DNA from: an uncultured Desulfobulbia bacterium
GTDB lineage: Bacteria > Desulfobacterota > Desulfobulbia > Desulfobulbales > CAZDYX01
Length of the DNA stretch: 41,074 nt
Direction of reading: 5' to 3'
NCBI GenBank assembly: GCA_964509775.1
Contig: CAZDYX010000002.1
Location: forward strand, 5,076-46,149
Positions 1 to 9,954 of the stretch are shown here, one piece after another (within the stretch, counting starts at the first letter, position 1; each line of letters starts with the position of its first letter). The notes under the pieces were generated by a model. It made no database searches. It saw nothing but the letters and a program-made list of their open reading frames with translations, and was not told the DNA's origin. The translations under genes were made by a program, and so were the position numbers.

Positions 1-158
1 GGGAAATTGCCCTCCGGGGAAGGTCACGCGTTCTGTAATTCACCCCAACACTCTCCTTACATGCTTAGTCAGATCGGTAATTTGAACGAAAATAAGTTTG
101 CTTTGCTCCTTGTCCCCAGCCTTTGGATCAACTCTTTAGCGGCCTATCTTATACTATG

Positions 159-1181
159 CTAGGCGAAAGCTTTTCGGAAACTATGCCAAATGATACTGGC
201 AAGAAAGCGGACAAAGCTTACGGCAGGTGGCGTGGTCAGATGACGAAGAGGTGAACCAATCCATTTCCTATAAATCCAAAAGCCAAGGGGGCCCGAATTT
301 GAGCATACTCTGAACCAGACCTTGGCCACAGCGCGTCTGAGATAAACATCACTGAACGTTTGATTCTGTAGATTGAGCTCAATAAGATTCTTTAGCCATT
401 TCTCGGCCTTCTCAACTTCCTGTTTGCTGGTCATTCGATAGCCACGCCCCACTCGATGGTGAAAGGCAATATCTTCGGGGCTAGCTGAAATACCTGACTG
501 TTTAAGTAATCGGCAAAGAATTATCTCCGTTTGTTTTGTCATTTCATCCCAGTTAGCCCGCGTTGCACTGCCACCATGCTCGCGAACCCGAACCAGGACT
601 TCATTCAGATTCGCCAAAGGAAAATGAACGATGGCCCTCGTCCACAAATCATAATCTTCAGAACGCGAAAAAGTCGGATTATACTGCAGCTTGTGTTGAA
701 TGATAAGGTCTCTCCTCATGATAACTGTTACGTGCCACATGGGGGTTTCAAACAGCATGTATGCAGCAATTTCCATAGGGTCTGAAGGGACCCTGGCTAC
801 TGATGGAGGACCATTTCCAAACATTTGTACCCATCCCCCGGAGATGCCAATTTCTGGATGGTCTTGCATGAACCGAACTTGCCGTGCCAGGCGGTTGGGC
901 ATGCTGATATCGTCGGCATCCATTCGAGCAATATACCGCCCTCTTGCCAATTCGATCCCTTTGTTCAAAGAGCGGGCGACACCCAAGTTCTCTTCACTAG
1001 CAATTAAAACGATACGGGGATCGCATACTTTTGATATAATTTCCAGGCTGTTATCCGTAGACGCATCATCCAGGATGATAAATTCGAAATCCGTATAATT
1101 CTGTTTTAAAACACTCTCAATTGCTGCGGGCAAATATTTTCCGGCATTGTATACCGGCATTATGACACTAATCTCAGGCAT
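159..1181 (-). CDS. Glycosyltransferase family 2
   Basis: ORF 159..1205. It has the GT2 N-terminal signature SVIMPVYNAGKYLPAAIESVLKQNYTDFEFIILDDASTDNS and a later MDADD acidic motif. The track start at 1205 is a TTG. The ATG at 1181 (MPEISVIMPVYN), preceded by GAAGAG, is the likelier start. Confidence 0.85.
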   Translation of the reverse strand: MPEISVIMPVYNAGKYLPAAIESVLKQNYTDFEFIILDDASTDNSLEIISKVCDPRIVLIASEENLGVARSLNKGIELARGRYIARMDADDISMPNRLARQVRFMQDHPEIGISGGWVQMFGNGPPSVARVPSDPMEIAAYMLFETPMWHVTVIMRRDLIIQHKLQYNPTFSRSEDYDLWTRAIVHFPLANLNEVLVRVREHGGSATRANWDEMTKQTEIILCRLLKQSGISASPEDIAFHHRVGRGYRMTSKQEVEKAEKWLKNLIELNLQNQTFSDVYLRRAVAKVWFRVCSNSGPLGFWIYRKWIGSPLRHLTTPPAVSFVRFLASIIWHSFRKAFA

Positions 1182-1201
1182 ATAACTCTTCGTAACGTTT
1201 C

Positions 1202-2359
1202 TCAAGCTGCTTTAAATTCATTTGGCGCATTTTTGTTACGATTTAAAAGATCTGCAAATATTGCGGAGTGCATTTTTATCCAGGGCAAGACATCCAGGTT
1301 ATTTACAGCCCTCGAGCGAGCGGCAAGGGAGTATGTTTCAAGTCCCTCATACACCTGCAGTGCTGCTCGTGCAAGTTCATCTGATTTTGGCGGATGGTCT
1401 TGCTGCCAATCAAGAATTGCCGGCACGCCAACTCCGGCGTTTTTCCCAACAAGCTCGGGAACTCCACCACTTTTTGAGTAAACTATCGGAAGCCCGCAGG
1501 CCATGGCCTCTGCAACAAGACGCGGGCATGGGTCGTTGAATTTTGTGTGTAAAAGAATGTTATGTTTTTGCAGTAGTGCTGGAGCTTCCTCTTGACTATA
1601 TCCACCAGAAAACTCAAACCTCTGCTGAACCCCAAGCTCCTGGGCCATTCTCTCTACCTCAGCTATACATTCCTTTTCGACTGCTCTCCATGTATACCTT
1701 CCAGCGATAGTAAGAAAGGCATTAGGTTCGTACATTAATATTTTCTGCAAAGTTTCAAGAGCAGTCTGTATCCGATAGAAATGCTGGTGACTACCTGACA
1801 GGAGAAGCCTTACCCCCCAAGGGCGGGTAATGCCACCTGGACGAAAGACCTCTGTATTTACAGGATTGTGCGAAATCGTCCACTGGCATTTGCAGCGGGC
1901 AACAAATTTATCTGCAGTTTGCTTGCAAAACTCACTTTGATAAATAACAAAATCTGCTAGTTCCAGAAGAATTCTATTCGGTGCATTTGTTTTCTCCCAC
2001 CCAGGGCCATGCCATCCCGGATAAGCGACGCCATTTTGATTGAGGACCAGGAGCACTCCCTTTTGCTTTGCCCTGCGAGCCATGATTTCAGGAAAGACAG
2101 GCAATGCACTATTCACCAGATACAATATGTTTGCACCGCGAACAGTGTTTGGAAAATATTCATCCAAATCCTGGAATTTGATCATAGCCCCGCCTGAGCG
2201 CTCACTTCTTGATGGTATACGCTCATGACCATAAAAAACCAAAGGTTTCAGCGGATTATTGCTCTGAACAGCCCTCCATCTATTGACCTCGGATATAGTT
2301 CTTCTAGAGTATAAAAATGAAAGATGAAGAAATTCTTTGAATCTCTTTATAATGGTCAT
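1202..2359 (-). CDS. Glycosyltransferase family 4 (GT-B fold)
   Basis: The C-terminal GT4/GT1 nucleotide-sugar binding region is present (PCPRLVAEAMACGLPIVYSKSGGVPELV). It has an ATG start, and the upstream gene's stop lies only 2 nt away, consistent with an operon. Confidence 0.8.
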   Translation of the reverse strand: MTIIKRFKEFLHLSFLYSRRTISEVNRWRAVQSNNPLKPLVFYGHERIPSRSERSGGAMIKFQDLDEYFPNTVRGANILYLVNSALPVFPEIMARRAKQKGVLLVLNQNGVAYPGWHGPGWEKTNAPNRILLELADFVIYQSEFCKQTADKFVARCKCQWTISHNPVNTEVFRPGGITRPWGVRLLLSGSHQHFYRIQTALETLQKILMYEPNAFLTIAGRYTWRAVEKECIAEVERMAQELGVQQRFEFSGGYSQEEAPALLQKHNILLHTKFNDPCPRLVAEAMACGLPIVYSKSGGVPELVGKNAGVGVPAILDWQQDHPPKSDELARAALQVYEGLETYSLAARSRAVNNLDVLPWIKMHSAIFADLLNRNKNAPNEFKAA

Positions 2360-2361
2360 TC

Positions 2362-3468
2362 TTATTCCAGTAGCTTTTTCATAAAATTTCCATGAATGGA
2401 TGCGACTATAGAAGCCGAATAATGAGATCGCACCACATGACAGGCATTTTCTTGTTGATTATCCCAGTCAAAAGAAGATTCAGACAGTTCTTCAAAAGCG
2501 TGGTGCCAATCATCAAGTGAATTGCAAATACGGATTCCTTGATCATCGGCAAAACGTGCAACATCCATATAGCTTTGCAGTGGGCTACAGAGTGCCAGCC
2601 TTCCCCTTGCCATTGGCAAGGTAATTTTCCACTCTGTGTGACCAATGTTATAGCTACTATCGAGGAATCTTGGAGATATAAAAATGCCTCCTCGGTCGTA
2701 ACAAGAAAGGAGATTTTCGATGCTTTGAAAGGGTATTATTTCAACATTAAGATCATGTAATAGTTTCTTTAATCGATCCCGCCAAGGTGTAAATAATCTT
2801 TCTATGGCAGAGATTGAGTTTGTGATAATGCGGAGGACGAATCGCTTACTGTGTGAACGAAGAGCATCTTCAACTACCAGTAAATCAAAAAGCTTTACAG
2901 CCTCACCACACCACAACAGCGGGAGAGGCTCATTCTTGCTGGGTCTCCACTTGCTTGACCTGTGAATGTATCGGTCTTCGATGCAATCAGGAATCCAAAC
3001 TGTATTATCATTATACTCCAGAGCTATTTCTTTGAGCAGACTTGAGTCAGCAATGACGGCTTTACATGTTCTTGCCATTGCCCTGGCCTGGTGGTTCTGC
3101 TCCACCGTCGGTGCCATCCCATGATAGTAATAGGTGCCAGCAGGAGTGCTGAGATAATCTACATTGAGGTCAAAAACGGTAGGGATATTCCTTTTTTGGC
3201 ACTGTAGGGCGAGTCTGAATGCCTCTGCGTTCATTGACTTTAAAAACACAATGGCATCATATCTCTGCCATGGTCTATAAACCTCATAACTGAGCCCAAG
3301 CAGTTGCAAACATGGCTGTTTGATAAGAGGACTAAGACGTGCATTACTTATTGAGCTACTTCCCTTCCAGCCAAAAAATAAAGGGGCAATAGCCTTTGAA
3401 GAATAACAGCTTAAGAAGGAAGGCAGTAATCCGTCGATTACGAAGCCAATACGCTTTGAGTAAATCAT
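2362..3468 (-). CDS. Putative glycosyltransferase (GT-B-like, family not assignable)
   Basis: 368-aa ORF with an ATG start in an ATGA overlap with the upstream gene (3465-3468). It is flanked by GT genes, and only its C-terminal half looks weakly Rossmann/GT-B-like. No diagnostic motif was recognised, so the call is mostly by context. Confidence 0.4.
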   Translation of the reverse strand: MIYSKRIGFVIDGLLPSFLSCYSSKAIAPLFFGWKGSSSISNARLSPLIKQPCLQLLGLSYEVYRPWQRYDAIVFLKSMNAEAFRLALQCQKRNIPTVFDLNVDYLSTPAGTYYYHGMAPTVEQNHQARAMARTCKAVIADSSLLKEIALEYNDNTVWIPDCIEDRYIHRSSKWRPSKNEPLPLLWCGEAVKLFDLLVVEDALRSHSKRFVLRIITNSISAIERLFTPWRDRLKKLLHDLNVEIIPFQSIENLLSCYDRGGIFISPRFLDSSYNIGHTEWKITLPMARGRLALCSPLQSYMDVARFADDQGIRICNSLDDWHHAFEELSESSFDWDNQQENACHVVRSHYSASIVASIHGNFMKKLLE

Positions 3469-4526
3469 TCACGTTCTGCCATAAGACGGTGGACAATCCT
3501 AACATATCCACTAGCCATCATTGAACCGTCTGGCATGTTGGCAAATACTTTCTCGCGCAGATTTTTGTAGTTGTGTCTCATTGCACCAATAGCTTCGACA
3601 ATAGTATCATCTCGAAAGCTGATACCGTACTTTTTGCCAGCCTCGACAATTCCTCCACCATCTTCATGATACAACAAGGGCAATCCGCATTGGACTCCCT
3701 CTACATGATGCATGCCACAAGGTTCCCAGAGACTGGCAGTTATATACACATGACATTGCCGTAGCAGGTCGGCCAGCTTTACTCCTGATGCAGGGCCGAA
3801 TGTTCGTGCTGCTCGCCACTGCATACCTTCGGGCCACTGCCCAATTATCCATAGTTCGGTAGCAGGAAGTTCGCCATCGGCTATCATGTCATCAATCATC
3901 TTGTATACAGGAAAACCCTTCATCGGATTTGCCGACCAGTGGTGGGTGACCAGACGAAGTGGTCCATCGGCCCTGAAAGAAGCGCTGCCTACTGGATGAA
4001 ATACTGAGACATCTGCGCCATTATAAATGGTGCTGTTTGATCGGGAGCCAGAAAACCATCTCGCTTGAAAGTATTCCTTCAACCATTCTGAAATGAAGAC
4101 GGTATGATCTGCAGCGGAGTTGGCTTCGTGCAGAATTTCATCAATGAAGCTCGTGCTTTTTCTTTGGTCACATTCATTAATTCTATGGATGATTTTAACT
4201 CCAGGATTGTTTTTGCGATACTTCAGAATGTCTTGCATTCCGAAAGATTTGTTCAACAAATCTTCACGGGGGTCGATAATGAGGATAACATCTGTTTTTT
4301 TCTTCAAGTCGAAGACCAGTCTAAATCCACACCGGCGGAGCGCCGTTGCAAATTGTTTTAAGAAAACACTGCTCCCTCCCCAAGACCCAAAAGCAGGATA
4401 CATGTTACAGGCGACAGTTCCATGACAGTTCCTAAAGGGGAGGCTATGGGAACAAAGAGCGATATAATGGTGATGGCAAGTCTTCAAAGTCTTGTCGAAA
4501 AGGTACTCTATATGTCGTAAAAGCAT
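3465..4526 (-). CDS. Glycosyltransferase, GT4-like
   Basis: C-terminal motif LWEPCGMHHVEGVQCGLPLLYHEDGGGIVE (GT4-type E..E region). The ATG at 4526 is preceded by CAGGATAAAG. An internal ATG at 4403 (MYPAFGSWGG) is an alternative start. Confidence 0.7.
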   Translation of the reverse strand: MLLRHIEYLFDKTLKTCHHHYIALCSHSLPFRNCHGTVACNMYPAFGSWGGSSVFLKQFATALRRCGFRLVFDLKKKTDVILIIDPREDLLNKSFGMQDILKYRKNNPGVKIIHRINECDQRKSTSFIDEILHEANSAADHTVFISEWLKEYFQARWFSGSRSNSTIYNGADVSVFHPVGSASFRADGPLRLVTHHWSANPMKGFPVYKMIDDMIADGELPATELWIIGQWPEGMQWRAARTFGPASGVKLADLLRQCHVYITASLWEPCGMHHVEGVQCGLPLLYHEDGGGIVEAGKKYGISFRDDTIVEAIGAMRHNYKNLREKVFANMPDGSMMASGYVRIVHRLMAERE

Positions 4527-4609
4527 CTTTATCCTGTCAGCATTATGCCAATGAATAATTCATTGTTCTATAGAAGTGGTGTCAACTAATTTTAATAATG
4601 ATTAAAATT

Positions 4610-5440
4610 TCACATTATTGGCTTTTGGGCTACAACCATTATCATGTGGCTTACCCATCTCGACGGCAATAAAACACCCAGCAACCATGTAACTGCGAAT
4701 CTTGAAATTTTGTTTTCATGTGGCGATGAGCAAAAATTCACTAAAATACGTTTCACCCCTTCTCTTTTATCGAGTCGATGAATGTTTTTTGTCTGGAACC
4801 CTGCCAATGAAGCCTGCTGATACAATTCACTTTCACTCAGACGCCACTGATAAAATCTGCCACATTTCTCACTATAACCTTTAGAATAAAATGTATTCTT
4901 TTCAGCTTGCCTGATTATTCTGTTATTTTTTCGAGCGTGACGGAGATTCTGATAAGGTACAGACGCGAATAAAAATCCCCCTGGCTTTAGTATTCGAAAC
5001 GCCTCCTTGAAACACTCATCAGGACCGCTTTCAAAATGCTCGAACACCCCCCACGAAAAACAAAAATCAAACTGATTATCGGAAAAGCCGGTTTTGCGCA
5101 CATCACCATGCTTATAAACACCGGGGACCCCCCTTGTCTGCAACCTTTGTATCACTTCTTTTGAAATATCCATCCCTGTGACATCATAACCCTTTAAAGC
5201 GAAATACGCAGTCCAGTTTCCAAGCCCACACCCAGCATCAAGGATCTTTGTGTTTTTTCCGGCCGCCTGCAAATATTTTTGCATTATTGCAAGTTCAGCT
5301 CTATTTTGTATCGTCTCATTCAATACCCCAAGGTTCAATTCTTTCCCGCGCCAGATATCGCTCCAGTGCCGTTCGATAAAGGAATCTTCACTTTCAGAGA
5401 AGTGTTCGCTGCTCGAATCATAAATATAGTCTTTAATCAT
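4610..5440 (-). CDS. Class I SAM-dependent methyltransferase
   Basis: SAM-binding motif I ILDAGCGLGNWTAYFALKGYDVTGMDIS, followed by FDFCFSWGVFEHF and LKPGGFLF (post-I/II/III motifs). Confidence 0.85.
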   Translation of the reverse strand: MIKDYIYDSSSEHFSESEDSFIERHWSDIWRGKELNLGVLNETIQNRAELAIMQKYLQAAGKNTKILDAGCGLGNWTAYFALKGYDVTGMDISKEVIQRLQTRGVPGVYKHGDVRKTGFSDNQFDFCFSWGVFEHFESGPDECFKEAFRILKPGGFLFASVPYQNLRHARKNNRIIRQAEKNTFYSKGYSEKCGRFYQWRLSESELYQQASLAGFQTKNIHRLDKREGVKRILVNFCSSPHENKISRFAVTWLLGVLLPSRWVSHMIMVVAQKPIM

Positions 5441-5671
5441 TTACCAAACCTCGACTTTTAAAATTAAGAACCGAGTTGTCCTCTGAATTTGGCGCTTAGT
5501 AACCATTACTTGAACATCATTCTTTACTTGCCAACCGAGTTGAGTTCCAAAATCTAAGAAAGAAACATTTTATAAAAATTGCTCATCGACGTAGTAATCC
5601 GTATAACTAAGAAGGTAATGTGAGGAAAAAATAAAGTAAGATTATCATGTAGTATATGTGGATTCGGCATC

Positions 5672-6556
5672 CTATAATAATTGCGTATTTAATGCTATTA
5701 TCGTCTCACCGTCATAAAACATGATGAACGAAAGATCCTTTGTAGCTTCATAGAAGTCGGCAGAACAACCTGGAACTATGAAGTCGTGAAGTTCAATCAA
5801 TAAAATTCTTGTACGTTTAAGCCAATATGGGGTCCCATTCTTAAAAATTTCTCTTTCTGCGCCTTCAATGTCGATCTTTAGTATATCAATAATTTCTTCT
5901 TGAGATTCGAATAAAAGACGATCGATTGTGAGCCCCTTTAACTGGGCATTATAGTTAGCTTCAACTTCCTCAACACGAAAAGACCGGGCACCGGTATTTG
6001 GATTCATAATACGAAGGTCTTTTTCTAAGCCCCATATAGCTGCTTTTAAACATTTCACATTTTTAAACCGCCGGAGATTTTCACACAACGTCTTAAAATT
6101 ACTCTCGTCAGGTTCAATGGCTAATATTTTAGTAGTCGGGTATTTTTTTGCAAACAAAATTGAGGCATAACCGACATTAGCTCCACAATCTAATATTAAG
6201 CGAGGCTCCCTCCCTGGAAGGCAAATCTCATATGGCAATTCTCCAAAAATTTGTGCAAAAGTCTTAAGATCTGTAGTATCAGGTCGAACTCTAATTTTAT
6301 GCTGCGCGTGTAACGACACATGAGGCTCTCCCAATTCCAAGGAATCGAATATCACTGCAGCGTTCTCGTGACCAAACTGCGTACTCAGTCCACGCCGAAT
6401 ACGATTTTTCTGCCTTGATGGTTTATTCAACCATTTTGAGCATGATTGTGAGTGATTCATTAACATTCGCAACCCTCTCCTGTATCCAAACAATTTTAAA
6501 TGCCAGAATACAAGGATTACAAAGCGTTTAAAAAAATAAAATTTCTGAATCGACAT
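5672..6556 (-). CDS. FkbM-family methyltransferase
   Basis: LILDCGANVGYASILFAKKYPTTKILAIEPDESNFKTLCENL and IDILKIDIEGAEREIF are typical of the FkbM (Methyltransf_21) family. The true start may be internal. Confidence 0.8.
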   Translation of the reverse strand: MSIQKFYFFKRFVILVFWHLKLFGYRRGLRMLMNHSQSCSKWLNKPSRQKNRIRRGLSTQFGHENAAVIFDSLELGEPHVSLHAQHKIRVRPDTTDLKTFAQIFGELPYEICLPGREPRLILDCGANVGYASILFAKKYPTTKILAIEPDESNFKTLCENLRRFKNVKCLKAAIWGLEKDLRIMNPNTGARSFRVEEVEANYNAQLKGLTIDRLLFESQEEIIDILKIDIEGAEREIFKNGTPYWLKRTRILLIELHDFIVPGCSADFYEATKDLSFIMFYDGETIIALNTQLL

Positions 6557-6611
6557 GCTTACGAAGTGATTTATGCTATAAATATTTATCTATATATTGA
6601 TGTATGTAATA

Positions 6612-7448
6612 CTAGAGAGAGTCTATATTAGGAATTGAAACATATGGCCTAAAGAAAACGCTCACGTCAGCCTCGACCAATGGTCCTCTCATATACTTCT
6701 CACTTTTCCACTTTGAAATGAATTTATCTCTTCCCAAAATAAATCTTAACATTGCGAAAATATAGTCTCTAGGGCTTCTGTTATTGACTTCAACCGGATT
6801 GGGCCGAAGGTATACGTCATTACTCCTACCAACCTTATCAAGACTGCTACGTCTCAAGAAGCAAGTATGGAGACATCGAAAACAGGATTCCTCCCAAATA
6901 TATTGCGTATGGAGAGAGAGTCGCATGCTACTATCATAAGAATCCTTAAAGATTATTTTTCCACCAAGAAATGGCTCTTTACACTCGCCATCCCATGACT
7001 TCAATGCATTGAAATTATATATTTTAGTCATTGAACGAGAAGGTGGGGCTAGGTGGCCTGTCGCTATCTTATTCCCAAGATCAAGAGAAACACAGTTCAA
7101 CACGTTGCCAAATATTTGCCATTCTTTATCGTACATTCCGGACTCCAGACGGACCCTGAATTTTGACAACCCAACCGGGTCATAAATTTCATCGCCATCG
7201 ATACCAAACAACCAGGTTCGAGAACCAATATACTGTTTAATGAGTTCATGAGAGTCACCTGAATCCTCAATCTTGTGATATATGATTTTGTCAGAATTGG
7301 CTTTGAGGTTGTTGACGACCTGTGCAGTGTTGTCCTTCGACTGATGGTCTGCAACGATAATTTTGTCACAGAAGTCCAGCACATTCATAACCGCTTGCCC
7401 AATAAATTGATCTTCATTGCGGACAAGCATGATACCAACAATTTGCAT
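6612..7448 (-). CDS. Glycosyltransferase family 2-like
   Basis: N-terminus VGIMLVRNEDQFIGQAVMNVLDFCDKIIVADHQSKDNT and an acidic GIDGDE motif. The ATG is preceded by GAGGGAAGG. Confidence 0.65.
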   Translation of the reverse strand: MQIVGIMLVRNEDQFIGQAVMNVLDFCDKIIVADHQSKDNTAQVVNNLKANSDKIIYHKIEDSGDSHELIKQYIGSRTWLFGIDGDEIYDPVGLSKFRVRLESGMYDKEWQIFGNVLNCVSLDLGNKIATGHLAPPSRSMTKIYNFNALKSWDGECKEPFLGGKIIFKDSYDSSMRLSLHTQYIWEESCFRCLHTCFLRRSSLDKVGRSNDVYLRPNPVEVNNRSPRDYIFAMLRFILGRDKFISKWKSEKYMRGPLVEADVSVFFRPYVSIPNIDSL

Positions 7449-7566
7449 AAAAACCTTCCCTCTCTTAAAATTGTTGCGAGCATTCTTGATAAGTATTCAA
7501 TTTCTGAAATTTATTACTCAGACCAGCTGAGCTTCAGCATCTAATCTGAAACATGTTCGTTTTGCA

Positions 7567-8676
7567 TTATACTAACATGTGGCTTTTGCATGCCTCAGCA
7601 CAACAGGATTCGATGCATTGCGAAAAGTGCTCAATTGAATAATTGGAGTTCAAGCAATTTAAAGCTTGAGTTGCGATGTTTTCTGCAAAAGTTCTATCCT
7701 CTAGGATGCGATTGACTTTTCGTGCTAAATCGATTGGATCTCCACCCTTGATAAACAGCAGTTCTTTTTCATCTCTCAGTACCCGACGGTCCCAAAATCC
7801 TGGTGTTTCAGTAATTACGACTGGAGTTCCGCAAGCCATCGCCTGCAAGGCAACGCTTTGCCCCGATGGTTGGACTGAATCAATCAGTGGTATTACAACA
7901 CAGAGTGCCTCTTGATACAAAATCTTCAGTTCATAGTCATTTATGGACTGGCTGCCCCAGTCACTATTCAGCAACGTAACATTTTCTGAAAGAGAACCGG
8001 TGATCTTCCTTCTTGTCAACAATCTGATTTCAGAAGAAATCAGATGGGCAGCTCTCAACAGACAGTCAAAATCTCGCCTTCCATCGTTACCCACACACAG
8101 GACATAGCTTTTTTTCTTCTTTTTATCACCATCCCCCCAAAATTGAAGGTCCACTCCATACTGACACACTGAGTTGTTTATTTTAGCAGAAGAAAAAACC
8201 TTTTTACTTTGAATAAATTCTCCCTCACCGAAATATACATTGTGCATTTCCTCCATCAGGGCAGAAGTCAAGTGTTTTCCAACCTTTTTGTAGGGATTAT
8301 TAAAAATGCCACATTGAATCGAAACGAGGGGCGGTGGAAGCGCTTTTATCTTCTTCAACAAACCAAGGGCGAATGCTATCCCACTTGTTGTGGCTACGAT
8401 ACAGTCGTATTTGCTTAATTCATCGCATAACTTTAGGCACTGCCTGACCAGACCGCCATCCATATAGGCTGGAGACCACCCTTTGTTTAACATGATATTG
8501 CAAAAAGCATACGGGAATTTTACTGGAGAATGAGGGACTAATTCATGGAAACCGATTTCATAACCTTTTTTTTCAAGCTCAATTGCACCATAAAAGAAAT
8601 CAGAGGGGCTTTTGCCCGCACGAACATTCTGTAGTATATTGAACCTACCAGTATTAAACAAATATGCGATTTTCAC
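7567..8676 (-). CDS. Glycosyltransferase family 4
   Basis: PSGQSVALQAMACGTPVVITETPGF (GT4 C-terminal motif). It has a GTG start (MKIAYLF) and contains an A8 tract at 8566..8573. Confidence 0.8.
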   Translation of the reverse strand: MKIAYLFNTGRFNILQNVRAGKSPSDFFYGAIELEKKGYEIGFHELVPHSPVKFPYAFCNIMLNKGWSPAYMDGGLVRQCLKLCDELSKYDCIVATTSGIAFALGLLKKIKALPPPLVSIQCGIFNNPYKKVGKHLTSALMEEMHNVYFGEGEFIQSKKVFSSAKINNSVCQYGVDLQFWGDGDKKKKKSYVLCVGNDGRRDFDCLLRAAHLISSEIRLLTRRKITGSLSENVTLLNSDWGSQSINDYELKILYQEALCVVIPLIDSVQPSGQSVALQAMACGTPVVITETPGFWDRRVLRDEKELLFIKGGDPIDLARKVNRILEDRTFAENIATQALNCLNSNYSIEHFSQCIESCCAEACKSHMLV

Positions 8677-8967
8677 CTGTTAATGCCTTACACCTTAAAT
8701 GCTGTCAAATAAAAAGTGGTCTGGGAAAATGTTGGTGCCGTGACAATACCAGCACATCTACCCTTCAGCTTTAGAAGGGGATTAGCCCTGGTGCTACAGG
8801 CACCAGCGAGTATTAGATATTTCTCCGAAAAAAACGCCAATCCTTTTGTACCGAGATGACGTCTCAAGCACTCAACAGATTCACTATTCTCTACAAATCT
8901 AAAACCTTACGCTGATTTTTGAAATACACCGCCGACTATATGTCTCAACAAAAAAGTCGATAACCCC

Positions 8968-9768
8968 TTAAATCTTAAAACTTTTTTTTAACAGATCATT
9001 GCCGGCAATCGTTCCATCTTCAACCGGATTGTATGTTGTTTTGTCGAGAACGTCGGCTACAAGGAAAACTTTTGTTCTCTTGTAGCCATGATTGACACAA
9101 ATTTCAGGATATCCTCTTGGTGTATTGGAAAAATAAAAAATAGAAATTTTAAATCCTGCCAGCAGAAGTGCCTTTTTTAATGACTCAATATCAAACCAAA
9201 ATGTGGTATAGGAGAAACTGGATCCTGAGGTATCCTGCATGTTAACATTCGCAGGAAAGATATTTAATCTTCCTGAGAACGGTTCACCGTCTAAATGAAT
9301 TCTTGATTTGGACAATGATAAATTGCACCTGTATTTCCTGCCGGCTAGAAAGAAATGAAGATAAGAAGGACTCACATGTGTTTCCAGCACAAGGGTATTG
9401 CAAATATTTCGTATCCTCTTCAGCAAATTGAAGGGATTCTGCATGTGATAAAGTAGCCCAGTACAGAGGCATAGATCAAATTTTCCAAGCCCATATTCAT
9501 CTATTTTTCTGACATCCTTATTGAAAAACTGAACCCTTTCATAGCCCAAACTTTTCTTTTCATTTTCAGCTTTTTCGAGGAAACGTTCTCTGATTTCAAT
9601 CCCAACAACCTCTGTGCATCCCGATTCGTAGAGATCAAAACAGTTATAACCTTCATTAGAACCAAGATCTATAGCTCGAAAACCGTGTATCGGCAGAAGT
9701 TTTTTAATACTATTTACCCTTGTCGAACGCCCGGCCAATCCGCCAGACCCTTTTTCAGCTAGATCCAT
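8968..9768 (-). CDS. Class I SAM-dependent methyltransferase
   Basis: RAIDLGSNEGYNCFDLYESGCTEVVGIEI (motif I), then FDLCLCTGLLYHMQNP. Confidence 0.75.
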   Translation of the reverse strand: MDLAEKGSGGLAGRSTRVNSIKKLLPIHGFRAIDLGSNEGYNCFDLYESGCTEVVGIEIRERFLEKAENEKKSLGYERVQFFNKDVRKIDEYGLGKFDLCLCTGLLYHMQNPFNLLKRIRNICNTLVLETHVSPSYLHFFLAGRKYRCNLSLSKSRIHLDGEPFSGRLNIFPANVNMQDTSGSSFSYTTFWFDIESLKKALLLAGFKISIFYFSNTPRGYPEICVNHGYKRTKVFLVADVLDKTTYNPVEDGTIAGNDLLKKSFKI

Positions 9769-9954
9769 TGATTATTTTTGTCCCTTTCTATATCTTTTAG
9801 ATTTAATCAATTTTGACACAGTGATTAAAGCTTAAAACAAACTCAACTCACTAAGTGTTCTTCCCTGCTGTTTTTTATTAAAACCAGGTCAGTATTTTCA
9901 CACACTCTATGATGCTCTGTTTATTTGCATGTTTTTTTGAAGCATACCTTTTCT

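Noticed and set aside
4550-4564. 15-bp palindrome AATGAAT-A-ATTCATT about 25-40 nt upstream of the start at 4526.
   Set aside because: AT-only short palindromes are frequent in DNA of this composition, and there is no regulator gene nearby to connect it to.
5469-5542. 10-bp direct repeat AACCGAGTTG (5469..5478 and 5533..5542) in the intergenic region upstream of the methyltransferase at 4610..5440.
   Set aside because: It is a single pair of short repeats 64 bp apart with no supporting symmetry or known motif. It could easily be chance.
8761-8806. Two adjacent small hairpins (cccttc-N7-gaaggg at 8761..8779; ctggtgc-tacag-gcaccag at 8788..8806) in the 290-bp gap downstream of the methyltransferase at 8968..9768, considered as intrinsic terminators.
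   Set aside because: The stems are short (6-7 bp), and neither is followed by a U-run on the transcribed (minus) strand. They are not convincing as Rho-independent terminators, though they may still be structural RNA elements.
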